NCBI RefSeq assembly: GCF_006345805.1
Contig: NW_021826379.1
Location: forward strand, 1-12,978
Reading direction: 5' to 3'
Length of the DNA stretch: 12,978 bases
DNA from: Octopus sinensis
Lineage: Eukaryota
Shown: in pieces, positions 9,290 to 12,978 of the stretch
Layout of the letters: each line of letters begins with the position of its first letter
How positions within the stretch are numbered: the stretch's first letter is position 1
Made by a program: the position numbers and the translations under genes
Notes under the pieces: model-generated
What the model was told of the DNA's origin: nothing
The model's input: only the letters and a program-made list of their open reading frames with translations
The model's database searches: none

Positions 9290-9407
9290 TCTTCCTATTA
9301 TAGGCACAAGGTCTGAAATTATGGGGAAGGGATTATATCGACCCCAGTGTTTCACTGGTACTTAATTTATCGATCCCGAAAGGATGAAAAGTACAGTCGA
9401 CCTCGGC
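9289..9407 (-). mobile_element. 5'-truncated Nin/Deu SINE, tail type A
   Basis: Tail TAGGCACAAGGTCTGAAATT and Nin body up to GTCGACCTCGGC, then an (AGA)n run. Confidence 0.85.
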
Positions 9408-9425
9408 AGAAGAAGAAGAAGAAGA

Positions 9426-9647
9426 TATTTCTTTATTGTCCACAGGGGGTTAAACATAGAGGGGATAAACAAAGGGATTAAGTCGATTACATCGACCCCA
9501 GTGCGTAACTGGTACTTATTTAATCGACCTCGAAAGGACGAAAGGCAAAGTCGACCTCGGTGGAATTTGAACTCAGAAAGTTACCGGCAGACGAAATGCC
9601 GCTAAGCAGCTTGTCCAGCGCGCTAGCGATTCCGCCAGCTCGACGCC
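9426..9647 (-). mobile_element. Full-length Nin/Deu SINE, tail type B (short deletion in tail), embedded in (GAA)n
   Basis: Runs from TATTTCTTTATTG to CCGCCAGCTCGACGCC, with (AGA)n on both sides (9408-9425 and 9649 onward). Confidence 0.88.
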
Positions 9648-9648
9648 G

Positions 9649-9875
9649 TAGAAGAAGAAGAAGAAAGAAGAAGAAGAAGAAGAAGAAGAGAAGAAGAAGA
9701 AGAAGAAGAAGAGGAAGAGGAGGAGGAGGAAAGGAGGAGGGAGGAGGAGGAGAAGGGAGTAGGAGGAGAAGAAGAAGAAGAGAAGAAGAAGAGAAGGGGA
9801 AGGAGGAGAAGAAGGATGAGGAGAAGAAGGGGAGAAGAAGAAGAAGAAGAAGAAGGAGAAGAAGAAGAAGAAGAA
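9649..9875. repeat. (GAA)n/(GGA)n near-homopurine tract
   Basis: About 227 nt of A/G with only two T interruptions that I could see. It produces the poly-Arg/Lys/Glu ORF. Confidence 0.95.
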
Positions 9876-10369
9876 TATACTGAAAAACGTTTAATTACTA
9901 GCTGATCAACGAAGCGTAAGTAACAGTGTCATTACCAATTTAGGGTCCACTAAAAAAAAAAGCAACAATAAAACTATCTTTAAACGAACACGTGATCTAG
10001 AATACTGAACTTAAACTGCATCTAAAGTTCATTTAACGTCTAAAATTGTTTGTATCATGTTTTTTACAGCAATTTTTCGTTTTATGGTCTCGTTCCACAA
10101 ACGCTAATAGTTTTGATATTTCCCGTTATTTTGTTCCTTGTCCTTGTCTTTCTGATCTAAATACTCATGTTTTTATCTCTCTCCCGAAATTTATGTATTA
10201 CTGTTGCAGTTTCATCCTCTGTCCTTTTTATTTATCTAGTTCGCGTTTTGTCTCGTCTTTATCTTCCCAGCGCACACTTTTTGCACTTTTTATGAGGGAG
10301 AGAGTAAGAGTGAAAGGGAGAGAGGGAAAGAGAGGGAAAGAGAGAGAGAGAATGTGTGAGAGAGAAAGG

Positions 10370-10741
10370 GGATATTTTCGCTTTGACCGGCAGATTTTTT
10401 AAATAATTTCTTTGTAACTAAAAATTTTAAACTTCGTATACTGGAAGAATGTGTTTATAAAACCTCTTTTTCTCTTGGCTTTCTTGAGAAAATTCTGTAG
10501 TTTTTAAGCTATTTGTTCTTTGATTTCTTGCATTTCGGCAATTTCAACCAATCAATGACGTCTATTGAGGTGAATTCAATTTCTGCCGTAAACATTTTCT
10601 GGCGGTGTCATATGAAAATGTCCCTGTTATTTATGAGAAAAAAGAAACCCTGTGACTGCATTCTGCCAGTGTACGAAGTTTTAAAATGTTTAGTTACAAA
10701 GAAATTATTTTAAAAATCTGCCGGTCAAAGCGAAAAGATCC
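10370..10741. mobile_element. MITE (non-autonomous DNA transposon, 372 bp), probably Merlin superfamily
   Basis: TIRs at 10370-10451 and 10659-10741 differ by 5 substitutions and 1 indel and begin GGAT(A/C)TTTTCGCTTTGACCGGCAG. The exact 8-bp direct repeat GAGAAAGG lies at 10362-10369 and 10742-10749. GG termini with an 8-9-bp TSD are characteristic of Merlin. The MITE call is firm and the superfamily is inferred. Confidence 0.9.
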
Positions 10742-11097
10742 GAGAAAGGTTGTATGTATGTGTGAGAAGACATGTCAGTGTGCGTGCGTGTCCTATCGCT
10801 TTTAAGCGCTACTGGTGAATTGTAACCCAGCACAAACTGTTGCACGCTCGGATTGAAGGCCACTAAACTGGCAACCTCGGCGAGCTCGCTTGATGAGAAA
10901 GGTGACATTGGACACCCTGCCAGATGAAAAACAAGGTATCTAAAAGGGTTCTTGAAATCATGGAGGACAATGGCTATCTTATAACTCAAATGAGAAATCG
11001 AAGAAACAAATAATCTTCAAACTTGGCAGCAACAGTCCAATGGTGGAGAACTGGTACATGTGACAACGTAATGTCCTACAAGCGATGACGAAATATC

Positions 11098-11119
11098 GAA
11101 TATAGATAGATAGATAGAT

Positions 11120-11176
<57 letters not shown>

Positions 11177-11382
11177 CAGATAGATACATGCATACATTCA
11201 CATATACATATATTTATCTATGATATACAATATATTTCATAAAATACAAATATGTATTATATATATATATATCGTGTGTATTTACTTATATATATACATA
11301 AACATAGATCTATATAGTAATATATATAATATATATATATATTTATATATATATATAGATATATATATATATATAATATATT
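11098..11382. repeat. (GATA)n followed by imperfect (TA)n
   Basis: Direct reading. Confidence 0.95.
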
Positions 11383-11385
11383 GAC

Positions 11386-11432
11386 AGTGCCCCAGCATGG
11401 CTGCAAGCCTGGCTAAACCCGATAATAGAATA
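11386..11432 (+). mobile_element. 3'-tail fragment of the CORE-like SINE family seen at 6751-7164
   Basis: GTGCCCCAGCATGGCTGCA...AATAGAATAA matches the tail GTGCTCCAGCATGGCCACAG...AAAAGAG. Confidence 0.55.
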
Positions 11433-11556
11433 ATATATGATATATATATTACATATAATACATATAAAAATATAACGCACGTCATATATTCATATATCAC
11501 ACATACACCCACACACATAGGTGTGTATGTATGTATGTATGTATGTATGATGTATG

Positions 11557-11645
<89 letters not shown>

Positions 11646-11710
11646 CTTTCTACTATATATATATTCACATATATTTTTATACATAAAAACATACATATTT
11701 TGTATATATA
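11433..11710. repeat. Compound (TA)n/(TATG)n/(CA) microsatellite
   Basis: Direct reading. Confidence 0.95.
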
Positions 11711-11949
11711 ATTCTGTAAATCAATTGCCCAGAAATGGCCAAACTTCTGATTTAGGAATTATATGTTAGACCTGGAAATAAAATATCTGGGAAAGATAGT
11801 AATAAAATAAAATAAAAAAAAGGAAATATTTCGAAATTCTCTGCTGGACGTACATATTGAATAGGGCTCCATACATACATGCCGGGCCCCATATAGTAGA
11901 TGGACATATATATATATATCTAGACAACATAATTTTAGTTCACCTTAGT

Positions 11950-12056
11950 AAGATATTTAATTATTGAGAGTGCACAACGACTCAGCAGGTGGCCGGGGCT
12001 TTGAATTTGATGTTTATGTGATGAGTCGATGTACACTCTCAGTAATTGAATAACTT
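11950..12056 (+). ncRNA. Candidate pre-miRNA-like hairpin (unverified)
   Basis: The core arms 11959-11984 and 12022-12047 pair over 26 bp with 1 U-G and 2 mismatches. The stem extends basally to about 35 bp. It matches no miRNA family I recognise, and there is no expression evidence. Confidence 0.4.
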
Positions 12057-12174
12057 TCTTAGCTGATATAAAATAGGAAAAGTTCATTATCGTCTGACTG
12101 TACCTGCGTGTGCGCATGCGTGCGTTTGTTCGTGCGTGTGTAACATTTTTCTATGTGTGTGTATGTGTGTGTGT

Positions 12175-12221
12175 GTGCCCCAGTATGGCCACAGTCTAAA
12201 GAATGAAAGAAGCAAAAGATA
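12175..12221 (+). mobile_element. 3'-tail fragment of CORE-like SINE
   Basis: GTGCCCCAGTATGGCCACAGTC...GCAAAAGATA. Confidence 0.7.
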
Positions 12222-12234
12222 TACATAATATCAT

Positions 12235-12288
12235 TATTCTTTTATTCTTTTATTCGTTTCAGTCATTTCACTGCGGCCATGCTGGAGC
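12235..12288 (-). mobile_element. 3'-tail fragment of CORE-like SINE, opposite orientation
   Basis: TATTCTTTTATTCTTTTATTCGTTTCAGTCATTTCACTGCGGCCATGCTGGAGC matches 6765-6807. Confidence 0.8.
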
Positions 12289-12490
12289 TGATAAAATTCC
12301 GTGCTGCATCTCACGGAATTTTGTCGCGGTCTCAAAGCGACGAAAATATTTTGGCAAATTAAATTTAAATGTTGAAGTGAATCTAACGGTTCTTGTGTGG
12401 TTCTTAAATGGCTTATAAACACCTTCCACGCAGCAATTATTTTCGTCTCAGCACACGATCTCAGATCAGGTCACTTGCTATGCAAGTACA

Positions 12491-12896
12491 TCTCAGTATT
12501 TATATATATATATAAAAGTGAAGTTGTGTGTCTGTCTCCTACGATTAGATTCATCATAACTACTCCCACATTTTGCGGTGCAGTGTAACCAAAAGCGGGT
12601 ATCTATAGTCGTGATTCATATCGAGGCCCTTCTGGGTATTAGCGCGCTGTCTACGATGAGTCTACAATTTAAAAAAAATACCATCATTTTTTTCCCATTT
12701 TAATGCATTTTTTTGCTATTAATAAGGGAAGTAACTCTCTAAAAATGTATTATAAATCTCGGAACGTAAAAAGCTACACTAAACACCTCCCTTTTGTTGT
12801 TAGCCATATTGAGATGGCTATTATACTTTACATCTCTAAAAATGCTTATATAGTTATTTCCCTTACAAACCCGAGCAACGCCGGGCGATACTGCTA

Positions 12897-12897
<1 letters not shown>
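12491..12897 (+). mobile_element. Non-autonomous Helitron (~400 bp)
   Basis: The 3' end has the GC-rich hairpin CCCGAGCAACGCCGGG (12870-12885), 8 nt upstream of CTAG (12894-12897), followed by T. The 5' end is A|TC at 12490/12491 (alternatively a mutated TC at 12499), leading into TATATATATAAAAGTGAAGTTGTGTGTCTGTC. No TIR or TSD is present. These are the established Helitron hallmarks. Confidence 0.85.
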
Positions 12898-12945
<48 letters not shown>

Positions 12946-12965
12946 GACAAACAGACAGATAGATG
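12898..12965. repeat. (TA)n/(CA)n/(GACA) microsatellite
   Basis: Direct reading. Confidence 0.95.
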
Positions 12966-12978
12966 CCTGTGCGTGATT

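Noticed and set aside
9560-9883. Arg/Lys/Glu-rich ORF resembling a protamine or nucleic-acid-binding protein
   Set aside because: It starts inside an antisense SINE at a non-ATG codon and consists of the (GAA)/(GGA) tract.
10370-10741. hAT assignment for the MITE
   Set aside because: The 8-bp TSD fits, but the GG termini fit Merlin better than the usual hAT (C/T)A start. hAT is not formally excluded.

Overview
AT-rich eukaryotic non-coding DNA (intron or intergenic), saturated with microsatellites and interspersed repeats. The SINE families resemble those I recall from octopod cephalopod genomes, but the species assignment is an inference I cannot verify here. I can support no protein-coding gene, and the supplied ORFs are almost all microsatellite or SINE artefacts. 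The window holds about 20 full or partial tRNA-derived SINE copies: a Nin/Deu-domain family with two alternative 3' tails, CORE-like families, and one further family. It also holds a 372-bp MITE with about 83-bp TIRs and an exact 8-bp TSD (Merlin-like), a roughly 400-bp non-autonomous Helitron and a possible decayed Tc1/mariner remnant. Two observations stand out: (1) a roughly 35-bp-stem hairpin in non-repeat sequence at 11950-12056 with pre-miRNA geometry; (2) a four-unit head-to-tail SINE multimer (7665-8460) bracketed by a single 17-bp target-site duplication. All coordinates and mismatch counts were read by hand.
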